DNA of 64,000 bases. Source: Lachnospiraceae bacterium UBA1729 (GTDB lineage: Bacteria > Bacillota > Clostridia > Lachnospirales > Lachnospiraceae). The notes under the pieces were generated by a model, which was not told where the DNA came from, did not search any database, and saw only the letters and a program-made list of their open reading frames with translations. The stretch lies in assembly GCA_002315945.1 (NCBI GenBank), contig DCIJ01000078.1:1884-65883 (forward strand), written 5' to 3'. The position numbers and the translations under genes were made by a program. Position 1 is the first letter of the stretch, and every line of letters begins with the position of its first letter. Below, piece after piece: positions 25,502-34,535 of this stretch.

Positions 25502-26090
25502 CTATTTTCTCCCTTTGCATTCCAACATAATAATCATATGTTTCCTGGGTTATTGGGTCAATATTAGCATTCTTACTATTAAGGAACTCCAGACAGCTCT
25601 TTAATTCCAGCTTAACCGCTTCATCAATATCTCTAAAGGAAAGCTGCCTTATCTCCTCCAGATATGGAATATTCTTTCTTGCCGGTTCAATATAGTCAGC
25701 CACATATACTATTTTTTCCAAAAGACTCATATCCGGACGACCGGTAGTATGCCACCTGATGGCCGATAGTATTTCTTCATCCTCTATTCCATACTGGTGT
25801 CTGGCCACACCGGCACCCAGCTTTGCATGAATCAGAGCCGGACTCTCAAGTTCAGCCTTAGTCAGATCAATTCCATATTTTTTACACAGCTTAAGCTGTT
25901 TTTCAACATCCATACACTTGGCACAGTCATGAAGCAAGCCTGCAAAAAGGGCTTTTTCAAAATCATAGCCTTGAGCCATCGCCATACTGCAGGCGCAATA
26001 GGCTACTCCCAGAGTATGATCAAAACGCTTTGGTGTCAGTTCCTTTGAAAGCTTTTTTCTTATTTTTTCTAATTCTTCAGTATTATGCAT
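25494..26090 (-). CDS. yqeK: HD-domain protein YqeK (bis(5'-nucleosyl)-tetraphosphatase family)
   Basis: 198 aa. RFDHTLGV and LLHDCAK are HD motifs. It overlaps aroK by 8 nt. Confidence 0.8.
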   Translation of the reverse strand: MHNTEELEKIRKKLSKELTPKRFDHTLGVAYCACSMAMAQGYDFEKALFAGLLHDCAKCMDVEKQLKLCKKYGIDLTKAELESPALIHAKLGAGVARHQYGIEDEEILSAIRWHTTGRPDMSLLEKIVYVADYIEPARKNIPYLEEIRQLSFRDIDEAVKLELKSCLEFLNSKNANIDPITQETYDYYVGMQREKIDD

Positions 26091-26147
26091 CTTTTTCCCT
26101 CTTCTATTAAGCTATTATACCACTCTCATCCAATGTAAAGAAACTAT

Positions 26148-26176
26148 TTGACAAATTATCGGTAGACCGATACATT
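26148..26176 (+). promoter_or_regulatory. Promoter with an embedded palindromic operator
   Basis: TTGACA (26148-26153), 17-nt spacer, TACATT (26171-26176). The spacer contains the palindrome ATCGGTAGACCGAT (26158-26171). Confidence 0.6.
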
Positions 26177-26196
26177 GATGCTAAGAGGTGATTTCT

Positions 26197-26721
26197 ATGG
26201 ATTTTGTTGTTGAATTAAAAAAACAGAATATGAATATAAGAATTTGCTCACAGAAGAGTGGAATTCCTTATGCGACTCTTTATCCCATTATAAAGGGACA
26301 GGTGGATATAGGTACCTGCGCTTACTATACAGTAGAAAAATTAGCTAAAACTCTTGGCTATCGTCCGGATCAGATTGTTTATCATAAGGAGGATTTTCAG
26401 ACCTTTAGAAATAACCTGCACCATGATATCAAGAGGAATGATTTGCAGACAGTACTAGGAATTATTGAGCATGAAGATGTGGAATATTACCGCTTGCATC
26501 ATGATTACATCAAAATGCTTTACCTTGTTGCAACAGTAGATTATATCAGTAAAAAATATAGTATTCCACTTAGCAACAAATATGATGAAATAAGACAGAT
26601 GAAGCTTGAGGAACCATTTTTCGTGGGCGATGCGGTGCTTCTTGGAAAGAAAAAGGAAGCCGGAATTGAAGAGTTTGCAAAATACAATATCATAGAGGGG
26701 GATTTGTATGATGCCGTCTGA
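26197..26721 (+). CDS. HTH-domain protein (putative antitoxin or regulator of the downstream nucleotidyltransferase)
   Basis: N-terminal HTH-like segment (ICSQKSGIPYATLYPIIKG). The ATG at 26197 lies 6 nt after AGAGGTGA. Its 3' end overlaps the next gene by 14 nt. Confidence 0.55.
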   Translation: MDFVVELKKQNMNIRICSQKSGIPYATLYPIIKGQVDIGTCAYYTVEKLAKTLGYRPDQIVYHKEDFQTFRNNLHHDIKRNDLQTVLGIIEHEDVEYYRLHHDYIKMLYLVATVDYISKKYSIPLSNKYDEIRQMKLEEPFFVGDAVLLGKKKEAGIEEFAKYNIIEGDLYDAV

Positions 26722-27430
26722 TAAAAAGATTACAAGAGAGAATGCGCCGTATATTATAAAACAGTTTGCAAAAGAATATCGTAAGGAATTGGGAAAGGTT
26801 CCCGGAGAAATTATTATCGTTGGTGGCGGTAGCATTATGCTTAATTACAAATTTCGCAATGCTACACAGGATTTTGATGTGATTCTTAAAACGGTATCTG
26901 GCGTAACAGATATTATTAAGAAATTTGCTGACGAAAACGGACTCCCCAGGGACTGGATGAATACGGATTTTATCAAGACTGCATCCTATTCAGATATGTT
27001 ATCTGAAGTATCAAAACACCTATGGACTCTTAATAACGGAACCTTGGAGATTAGAACGGTTTCAGGAGTATATCTGATTGCAATGAAACTGATTGCTCAT
27101 AGGGACTATCGAAATGATATTTCTGATGCAATTGGCATCTTGATAGAGGAGCGAGAAAACGGCGCAAGTATAACATATGATGATATTGTTATGGCTTATC
27201 AAAAATTATATAGGTGTGATATTCCTGAGGAAATAGCAAAAATTGTTAGGGAATTCTCAGTGCTTCCAATATTGGAACTTAAAGAGTTTTATGAGAATCA
27301 AAGGAATTCTGAGCATGAAATTGGCGGGAAAATTATCACATATATAGATGAAGGGGCAGATATCAATACCAGAAATGTAGAGGATGTTATCGAAGCAATA
27401 AAGAGAAAAATGAAGGGTGATGAAAGATGA
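26708..27430 (+). CDS. Nucleotidyltransferase-fold protein (AbiEii / DUF6036-like)
   Basis: IIVGGGSIMLNYKFRNATQDFDVIL fits the G[GS]-x(9-13)-DxD minimal NTase motif. Confidence 0.55.
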   Translation: MMPSDKKITRENAPYIIKQFAKEYRKELGKVPGEIIIVGGGSIMLNYKFRNATQDFDVILKTVSGVTDIIKKFADENGLPRDWMNTDFIKTASYSDMLSEVSKHLWTLNNGTLEIRTVSGVYLIAMKLIAHRDYRNDISDAIGILIEERENGASITYDDIVMAYQKLYRCDIPEEIAKIVREFSVLPILELKEFYENQRNSEHEIGGKIITYIDEGADINTRNVEDVIEAIKRKMKGDER

Positions 27431-27482
27431 GAACATTTGAAAGCGAAGAGGAACGTCCCGGAGGGGGCAATTACACAAATGC

Positions 27483-27511
27483 TTGCATAATGAAAACATA
27501 TCTGATAATAT
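27483..27511 (+). promoter_or_regulatory. Promoter of the queT transcript
   Basis: TTGCAT (27483-27488), 17-nt spacer, extended -10 TGATAATAT (27503-27511). Confidence 0.6.
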
Positions 27512-27523
27512 ACCTCAGGCATT

Positions 27524-27566
27524 GGTCAGTTCGAAACCTTCCTGACCTAAAACAAAACTAAAGGAG
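27524..27566 (+). promoter_or_regulatory. preQ1-I riboswitch (translational, RBS-sequestering)
   Basis: P1 GGTCAG/CTGACC with loop TTCGAAACCTTC, then tail TAAAACAAAACTAAAGGAG. Compare B. subtilis ..CCCUCUAUAAAAAACUAAGGA. It sits directly upstream of queT. Confidence 0.7.
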
Positions 27567-27573
27567 AAAAATC

Positions 27574-28101
27574 ATGAATAGTAAAACACTTCACTTAACC
27601 CGCGGCGCTCTCATTGCCGCTCTCTATGTCATACTGACATATGTTGCCAATGCATTTGGACTTGCCAGTGGCGACATCCAGGTTCGTATCAGCGAGGCTC
27701 TTACAATCCTTCCCCTGTTTACCTTTGATGCAGTTCCAGGCTTATTTATCGGATGCATATTGAGCAATATGCTGACAGGCTGCATGCCTTTGGATACAGT
27801 ATTTGGTTCTCTGGCAACCCTGCTGGGAGCTTTGGGAACCTATGCAATCGGCAGAAAAATTGGATTTATGAATCCTGGCTTTAAGGATTCAAAGCTTAAT
27901 AAGCTTAAATTCTTAGGCTGCCTGCCTCCTATCCTTGCTAATACCATTATTGTTCCGTTCATTCTTGCATATGTATATATGGTTGAAGGTGCCATCCCTG
28001 TATTTATGCTTACTGTAGGAGCTGGGGAGGTTATCTCCTGTGGTATTCTGGGAATTATCTTTATGCTTTCCCTGGAAAAATATAAGACAATATTTAAATA
28101 A
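27574..28101 (+). CDS. queT: Queuosine-precursor transporter QueT (ECF S-component type)
   Basis: 175-aa multi-TM protein. GALIAALYVILTYV..IQVRISEALTILP is typical of QueT. Confidence 0.8.
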   Translation: MNSKTLHLTRGALIAALYVILTYVANAFGLASGDIQVRISEALTILPLFTFDAVPGLFIGCILSNMLTGCMPLDTVFGSLATLLGALGTYAIGRKIGFMNPGFKDSKLNKLKFLGCLPPILANTIIVPFILAYVYMVEGAIPVFMLTVGAGEVISCGILGIIFMLSLEKYKTIFK

Positions 28102-28113
28102 TATTTCATTAAT

Positions 28114-28144
28114 AAAGGTGCGCCTTACGGCGCACCTTTTAAAT
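28114..28144. terminator. Bidirectional terminator
   Basis: AAAGGTGCGCC-ttac-GGCGCACCTTTT, between convergent genes. Confidence 0.85.
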
Positions 28145-28148
28145 CCTT

Positions 28149-29174
28149 TTAAATTCTCACCATATCTCTTGTAATCTGGGAAATACTTCTGGCTCCACAC
28201 ATATACATGGTATCTGTCAGTTCAGCCCTAAGCTTGTCAAAGTAGCACTCCAGCCCTGCCTGTCCTCCACCAAAGTAAGAGATAATTACAGGACGGCATA
28301 TCATACAAATATCTGCACCCAAAGCATATGCCTTGAACATATCAATTCCTGAGCGAATACCACCGTCTACAATAATAGTAGCTTTTCCATTAACTGCCTG
28401 GGCAATCTCTTCCAGCACCTCAGCAGTAGCAGGAGTGTCTGAAAGTACTCTTCCACCATGGTTTGAAACTATGATGGCATCAGCCCCGGCTTCAATTGCC
28501 TTCAGTGCACTTTTCGCTGTCATAACACCCTTAATTACAAGTGGCACACCGGCTGCTTCCTTAAGCATACGAATCTGCTCCACTGATTTGGTTCCTCCTG
28601 AACCATGGCATTCCTTCAGGTGAGGCAGACCAGCACTGTCCACAACCACAGATATTGCTAATGGTGACTGTCCCTCATTACATCGCTTCATCTGAGCAAC
28701 GATATTTTCATCAGCTTCAGGATTGATTACAGGAACTCCATTATTTCCATGAGCCATACGTGATTTAATTGCTGCTACATGAGTAAGCTCTTCAAGACCT
28801 GTGCTGTAAAAATGCATAAGTCCACGAGTCTCGCAGGCTGCCATGCACTGTTCATTAAAATCCTTCACATCACTGTCAGGATGATACTGAAGCCTTATTG
28901 AACCAACCGGTGCTGTCAGCAGAGGCATGTCAAGCTTTCTGCCAAATAGACTGGTGCTGGTATCAATCTCAGTGTTAGCAACAATAGTATCCATATTAAG
29001 TTTAATTTTGTGCCATGCATTGTAGTTATCATTGGCTCCATTTCCAGGTCCCTTTGAGCCAGGTCCTGGCAAAGTATTTCTGCAGGCCAGTCCGTTACAC
29101 ACTGGACACACCTTGCAGGTAGTACCAATGTTTTGTTTCGCTGTTTCTAAAACCTCTGAATAGTTCATTTTCAT
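28149..29174 (-). CDS. FMN-dependent alpha-hydroxy-acid oxidising enzyme family protein
   Basis: 341 aa. TIM-barrel FMN motifs (VSNHGGR, DGGIRSG) and an N-terminal Cys cluster CKVCPVCNGLAC. Confidence 0.8.
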   Translation of the reverse strand: MKMNYSEVLETAKQNIGTTCKVCPVCNGLACRNTLPGPGSKGPGNGANDNYNAWHKIKLNMDTIVANTEIDTSTSLFGRKLDMPLLTAPVGSIRLQYHPDSDVKDFNEQCMAACETRGLMHFYSTGLEELTHVAAIKSRMAHGNNGVPVINPEADENIVAQMKRCNEGQSPLAISVVVDSAGLPHLKECHGSGGTKSVEQIRMLKEAAGVPLVIKGVMTAKSALKAIEAGADAIIVSNHGGRVLSDTPATAEVLEEIAQAVNGKATIIVDGGIRSGIDMFKAYALGADICMICRPVIISYFGGGQAGLECYFDKLRAELTDTMYMCGARSISQITRDMVRI

Positions 29175-29273
29175 GTCTCCCCCAGTTATTATTTACTATA
29201 TTTTTTTACTATATTGTTTTGCCATATTGTTTTGATTCATTGTTATTATATATGATTTTGCTGCATTGTTGTC

Positions 29274-29666
29274 CTACATAATCCTGTCCATCCCGGGAGA
29301 TGTACCAAGCTTCTCCAGGGTCTTTTCAGGATTGATTATTAACTCCTTCATCATTTCAAAGGATAGAAGCACTAACCGTTCCTTGGAACAGTCTGCTGTA
29401 TTTTTCCCGGTGTCATGAACCAGATTATACCTGTCCATACAGTAAAAATACAGGTCCAGAAGGGTGTACCCATATTGGGAAAGCTTACCCAGAATTGCAT
29501 TGTTTTCCAAATAATAGAAAAGTTCCTCTGTAAGCTCCGGACTGCTGACAATCTCAAGCCACAATCCGCTGCCCCACTCCCTGGAAAACCCACAGTAGTC
29601 GGTCAGGGATTCGAAGGCTTCCAATAGTTTGATTTTTCTGGCATCATATATTATTCCCGAATTCAT
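29274..29666 (-). CDS. Hypothetical protein
   Basis: 130-aa ORF, 21 nt downstream of the 1095-aa gene. I recognise no family. Confidence 0.5.
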   Translation of the reverse strand: MNSGIIYDARKIKLLEAFESLTDYCGFSREWGSGLWLEIVSSPELTEELFYYLENNAILGKLSQYGYTLLDLYFYCMDRYNLVHDTGKNTADCSKERLVLLSFEMMKELIINPEKTLEKLGTSPGMDRIM

Positions 29667-29687
29667 CTATAATCCCTCAAAGTTAAT

Positions 29688-32600
29688 CTATACCTGCTCA
29701 AAGGCCTCAAGACTGTCAAAGCCGTAGAGCATTGCCGTATTACTCATGGTTTCATGGGCTATATTAACGCCGCCCTGATAAGCCATGACCACGTATCTTC
29801 CATAGAGCTGTAGCATCTTGTCAGAATATGTACTGATTTCGCCTCTGAGATAGGTTTCATATGAGGTATCTATAATGCTGTCCTCATAGGTATGAAGTGT
29901 CCTTGCATTGCCTGCCACCTTGGGATGAATCTGGGCAAAAGTTTCCATCATTTCCATCTGAATGGCAACAATCTGCTCTATTACAGCCTTTTTCTCATCA
30001 GAAAGCTCGGGGAAATTCTCCTTTATCTCCAGCCATCTCTTACTGTCTGTACTTTCCATCATTCTGCCATATTTTTCAGTAATCAGGTTATGGCCTCTGC
30101 TATATTCCCTGGAAAAATCATAATAGTACTGAATCAGCATTGTACTGTCCCAGGTCAGATACTGGCTTTTTCTCATTACACTAAATGTGGGCCAGTCGTT
30201 CTGACAGTAGGCTCTTCCGCCCTCATTTTTCACCTTGTCAAAGGCTTCAAATTCAAGCTTTACAATCCGATCTACCAATTCCTTTCTGTCAAGTTCACAG
30301 ATTCCAGCCTTAAAAAGTATCTCCTCAGTGTGGTAATCCAGATAAGGCTCCACATCACTGATTATCTCCTCATCATACATTAATCTGGCCAGATATGCGG
30401 CCAGCTCCTCCACAGGTTCACTTACTTTTTTCTTGTCCACCGCTGTAAGAAAACTGTTTGATACTTTGTCGATACAGGTGATAAAAGTATCATCTCCAGG
30501 CTTGGAAGCATCCATGCACAGATTCTGGGCACTCTTATACAGCCATTTGTCATGAGGTGGATACTGGTTGCAGATATAGTGATAAAGCTTTAGAGCATTT
30601 TTTATTCCATCAGACAGCATAATGGATGCTGTAAGCTCATCCTCTCTGTCAAGCATTCGCAAATAATTGTACTGGGCTGTCTGGGCAAAGCCTGCTGCAG
30701 CCTCAGCCACTTTAAGTAATCGGATTCTTTCAGGGAAACCGGCCTTTAGCTGATTTCTGATTTTTGAAAAAATGCCAGCCTTGTCGGAAAATACCTCTCC
30801 ATTTACACTGGCAGCCAGTGAATAATACGGAATACTCTGGAAGTTAATATTCTTAACTCCAATATCATCAATAATATTATCTTCAATACTATTATCCACA
30901 ATTATTATTTCTTCCCCCAGAAACTTCTTATAAAAGTCAGAAATCCTGCTTACACCCCTCCTGCCCTGGGCAAAAGTAGTTGTATTTCTGGAAAAGCCTT
31001 CAAACTCATCAGGTAATTCTTCATATGCCGCCTGTAATGCTTCTCCAATTTCTTCATAGGTGGCATCATCCAGCCACATACAAAATTCAGGTCCCCAGTC
31101 GTGGTCCCTTGACAGTGCATCATCATAGCCAAAGCAGTCTGAGCCCTCGCCAACCAGTCCAACTGCGATTCTGTCCTCATATTCTGAAAACTTTTCATGT
31201 ATCATGGGTGCACCAAAGGCCTCATAGTAAGCCCTGGACAGCTCCATTCCATTTCTGTCATCTCCTGTCCTCTTTGATACACAGTTTGCAACACTCTCCA
31301 TAAGTCTCTCATACTGACTATTTTTTCCTATGGTAGAAGCAACTATCTGTGCCGCTTCACGATATATTCTCTCTGCCTTAGCATATTCCTTATTTTTAAA
31401 ATGGTATCCAGCCAACGCTGACAGTGCGGCACAATAGTGAGGATCCCTGAGGCCTCTGGCTTTAGACAGACGTATTGCTGTATAAGCATAATCCCTGGCT
31501 TCCTCATAATTTTTCCCCTGAAGACAGGTATTTGCCAGATTAGCATAGGTAACTGCTATCTCAAAGCCTGCCTTATTATATAGAGAAATCTCCAGAGCCT
31601 TTTTAAGGCTTTCACCAGCCGATTCAAAATCCCCCATCTCCTGGTACAGCAGGCTCATATTGTTGCACAGGCCTGCAACCAGCATGTCCATCCTGTCAAG
31701 CTGGCCCATTTCCATACATTTATCATATATAGTCTGAGTTTTATGATAGTAGTCCATGGCCATTTCCAGCTTTCCCATGGAACGGTAGGCATTGGCTATG
31801 TTCAGGTAGACTGTTGCCGCCTGCAGTGTATTCTCTGAACCAGCTGACTCCTCTGAAACCTTGATAGCTGCTATGGAAGCATCTATTATTTCCTGCAATT
31901 TATCCTTCTCAGAGGTCTGTCTGTAGTATCCTATCAGCTCGTTCAGCACAGTTAGTAACAACGCCTGATCCTGTTCCCGTCCCGCTACACTTCTCATATT
32001 AATCAGATAGCTTTCAGCGTCCTTTGGTTTGTTCTCATCAAACAGACTGTCCACAGTGTTAAGAACCTCCTGCTTTCTTCTCTCCTGGTAGGTCTCCCTT
32101 ATCCCCTGCCCAAGAGATGTATAATTTGCATTTAACTTTCCAGAATGAATGGTAACATACGTTTCGCTTTCATTCTGTGTCAATGGGAAGGGCAGTGGAA
32201 TCTGTCTTTCATTGATTTCAGCCACAGAAACCATGACTTTTTCAATATTCATTCCCATTCCGTATTCCAGAGCCTTATGGAAGTCCTGATAGCTGTAGCA
32301 TTTTTCTCCCACAATATTAAAGCAGGTGTTTTTGCATTTCGTTTCACCAATAATTCCTAATATAACTTTTGCCAGATCTTTTACATACACAGCCTGAAAA
32401 TGTCCATCCCCATCCTCAGGGATGATAATCTGGCCTGCCTTTTCGGCCCAGTTGAAAAAAATCTCCTCTCTGGCAGCATAATTTCCAGGTCCATAAATAA
32501 AAGCTGGTCTCACTGAATTGAACGCAATACCATATTCCTCAGCCACCCGGCACAATTCCTTCTCAAGCTTAACCTTTCCAAGGATATATTCTCCAGCCTG

Positions 32601-32975
32601 ACCACCAAAATCTCTGGTCTCCAGCTCACCCTCTTCGTCAACAGGCTTTCCTGTTCCCCTTTTATATACGTCACTGGTGCTCACAAAGATATACTGACTG
32701 GTTTTTCCATCTATGGCCCTGACTACCGACTCAATATCTCCCTCTGTATAGGCACAAAAGTCAACAACACAGTCAAAACCATCTGCTATGTATTCTGACA
32801 GCATGGCTTTGTCAATATCATGCCTGTCAGATACTATATGACTGATATGGGCAGGGTATGGAAAAGATACCTTCCTGCTCCCTCTATTGATAAGAACTAC
32901 CTCATTATCCCTGCAGACTTCATCTACAAATGCTTTTCCAAGAAAATATGTACCACCAATTACAAGAATTCTCAT
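29688..32975 (-). CDS. Multidomain protein: NAD-dependent epimerase/dehydratase (SDR), TPR repeats, NTase-like/DUF4037, DUF4125-like
   Basis: N-terminal MRILVIGGTYFLGKAF Rossmann motif. About 5 TPR-like repeats lie around residues 390-560. GLVGEGSDCFGYDDALSRDHDWGPEFCMWL is DUF4037-like. NEGGRAYCQNDWPTFSVMRKSQ is DUF4125-like. Confidence 0.65.
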   Translation of the reverse strand: MRILVIGGTYFLGKAFVDEVCRDNEVVLINRGSRKVSFPYPAHISHIVSDRHDIDKAMLSEYIADGFDCVVDFCAYTEGDIESVVRAIDGKTSQYIFVSTSDVYKRGTGKPVDEEGELETRDFGGQAGEYILGKVKLEKELCRVAEEYGIAFNSVRPAFIYGPGNYAAREEIFFNWAEKAGQIIIPEDGDGHFQAVYVKDLAKVILGIIGETKCKNTCFNIVGEKCYSYQDFHKALEYGMGMNIEKVMVSVAEINERQIPLPFPLTQNESETYVTIHSGKLNANYTSLGQGIRETYQERRKQEVLNTVDSLFDENKPKDAESYLINMRSVAGREQDQALLLTVLNELIGYYRQTSEKDKLQEIIDASIAAIKVSEESAGSENTLQAATVYLNIANAYRSMGKLEMAMDYYHKTQTIYDKCMEMGQLDRMDMLVAGLCNNMSLLYQEMGDFESAGESLKKALEISLYNKAGFEIAVTYANLANTCLQGKNYEEARDYAYTAIRLSKARGLRDPHYCAALSALAGYHFKNKEYAKAERIYREAAQIVASTIGKNSQYERLMESVANCVSKRTGDDRNGMELSRAYYEAFGAPMIHEKFSEYEDRIAVGLVGEGSDCFGYDDALSRDHDWGPEFCMWLDDATYEEIGEALQAAYEELPDEFEGFSRNTTTFAQGRRGVSRISDFYKKFLGEEIIIVDNSIEDNIIDDIGVKNINFQSIPYYSLAASVNGEVFSDKAGIFSKIRNQLKAGFPERIRLLKVAEAAAGFAQTAQYNYLRMLDREDELTASIMLSDGIKNALKLYHYICNQYPPHDKWLYKSAQNLCMDASKPGDDTFITCIDKVSNSFLTAVDKKKVSEPVEELAAYLARLMYDEEIISDVEPYLDYHTEEILFKAGICELDRKELVDRIVKLEFEAFDKVKNEGGRAYCQNDWPTFSVMRKSQYLTWDSTMLIQYYYDFSREYSRGHNLITEKYGRMMESTDSKRWLEIKENFPELSDEKKAVIEQIVAIQMEMMETFAQIHPKVAGNARTLHTYEDSIIDTSYETYLRGEISTYSDKMLQLYGRYVVMAYQGGVNIAHETMSNTAMLYGFDSLEAFEQV

Positions 32976-32986
32976 ACCTTTTTCCT

Positions 32987-34303
32987 CTATTTTATAAAAT
33001 ATGTCCCATCGCCTTCACATATAATTTCACTATTATAAAATGCTTCGCAGGCAACTATAAGATATTCTGTATCCTTTACTCCGGCAGTCTCATAGCTTGA
33101 ATGCATTGATAGCTGTGGGAGTCCAATGTCCACTGCATTTAAGGATACCTGTTTCATTGCCAGATTGCCTAACGTGCTGCCCCCCGGTGCATCTGAACGG
33201 TTGGCAAAATATTGTAAGGGCACCTGAGCCTTGTTACATATAGTTTTAAACAGCGCAATGCTGACTCCATCACTGGTATATTTCTGATCAGCATGGATTT
33301 TTACTACCAGCCCCTCGTTTAGATATACACAGTTGCTGGCATCAGTTTTGTCCGGGAAATTTGGATGAACTGCATGAGCATTGTCACAGCTTAACATCAT
33401 ACTGGAGGTAAGTGCCCTTAGATAATCCTCCTTGCTAAAGCCCAGTGACTCACTTATTCTGTACAGAACATCTGCCAGAAATGTTGATTCTGCTCCCTGC
33501 TTGGTTCCGCTGCCCACCTCTTCATTATCAAAGCAGGCAAATACATTAACCCCTGACACAGGGCTTGACTTAACAAATCCCTTTAAGGATCCGAATGCAC
33601 ACTGCAGGTCATCCAGATGAGGACCCGAGAAGAATTCACTATTTGCGCCCCATACACTGGGTGTTGTTCGATTATACAGGAACAAATCCTTTGAAAGGAT
33701 GTCTGATTCCTCAATGCCCAGTTCTTTTGCCACCAGCCTGTCAAGTTCGCCCTCTTTGAAGTTCCCGTCTCCAATCAGTGGTAGCATGTCCACCTGTTTA
33801 TTAAAGGTGTGTCCTTCATTCTGCTTTCTATCCATGTGAATAGCAAGACTGGGAATCAACATGAGATCTCTGTCAAAGCATATTAATTTACTGACTACCC
33901 TGTCTCCATCCTTAATAACTACCCGTCCGGCAAGAGACAGGGGTCTGTCCAGCCAGGTTGACATAATCATTCCACCATAGCCTTCTGTATTAAGCTTTGA
34001 GTACTTTTCCCTAACCACTATCTCAGCCTTTTCCTTTACTCTGAAGGCTGGAGAATCTGAGTGAGAAGCTGCAATTCTAAAGGACAGACTGTCCGTCCTG
34101 CCTGCAATCTCAAAGGCTATTATAGAGGATTTATTTCTTGTACAGTAGTACTTACCCCCTGGTAACAGGGCCCAGTCTTTTGATTCCTGCAGTTCAATAA
34201 ATCCTTCATTTTTAAGTATTTTTTCAATATTATTTACTGAATGAAACGCAGTTGGTGATTTTGCCAAAAAATCCGCCAGCTCTGCAGTAGAAAACTTTTC
34301 CAT
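32987..34303 (-). CDS. M18 family aminopeptidase
   Basis: 438 aa. The start (LADFLAKSPTAFHSV), AASHSDSPAFRVK and FDNEEVGS are characteristic of M18. Confidence 0.85.
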   Translation of the reverse strand: MEKFSTAELADFLAKSPTAFHSVNNIEKILKNEGFIELQESKDWALLPGGKYYCTRNKSSIIAFEIAGRTDSLSFRIAASHSDSPAFRVKEKAEIVVREKYSKLNTEGYGGMIMSTWLDRPLSLAGRVVIKDGDRVVSKLICFDRDLMLIPSLAIHMDRKQNEGHTFNKQVDMLPLIGDGNFKEGELDRLVAKELGIEESDILSKDLFLYNRTTPSVWGANSEFFSGPHLDDLQCAFGSLKGFVKSSPVSGVNVFACFDNEEVGSGTKQGAESTFLADVLYRISESLGFSKEDYLRALTSSMMLSCDNAHAVHPNFPDKTDASNCVYLNEGLVVKIHADQKYTSDGVSIALFKTICNKAQVPLQYFANRSDAPGGSTLGNLAMKQVSLNAVDIGLPQLSMHSSYETAGVKDTEYLIVACEAFYNSEIICEGDGTYFIK

Positions 34304-34336
34304 AATTCGTCTCCGTTTACATAATTTTTAAAACTC

Positions 34337-34417
34337 AAAATAGTTATAATTCATAATAGTTATAGTTCATAATAGTTATTGTTCCGTAATAGATATTGTT
34401 CCATAACTGTAACTATT
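34337..34417. repeat. Array of 4-5 tandem 16-17-nt repeats upstream of the M18 aminopeptidase
   Basis: AAAATAGTTATAATTC, ATAATAGTTATAGTTC, ATAATAGTTATTGTTC, CGTAATAGATATTGTTC, CATAACTGTAACTATT. Confidence 0.8.
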
Positions 34418-34462
34418 ACCAATACTAATATAATACTGTATTTTCATCCTATTTTCATTAAG

Positions 34463-34492
34463 AAAAAAGCCATGTGACAAGTGTCACATGGC
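34463..34492 (-). terminator. Rho-independent terminator after the MCP gene
   Basis: Minus-strand hairpin GCCATGTGACA-ct-TGTCACATGGC followed by T6. Confidence 0.85.
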
Positions 34493-34535
34493 CAGATATT
34501 TAATTAAATAACCGTCTACAGCACAGTCTCTATTC

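Noticed and set aside
29175-29273. Repeated ATTGTT/CAAAACAATAT motifs upstream of the FMN-dependent oxidoreductase.
   Set aside because: These are short, AT-rich, irregularly spaced low-complexity repeats, which is insufficient to call a regulatory element.
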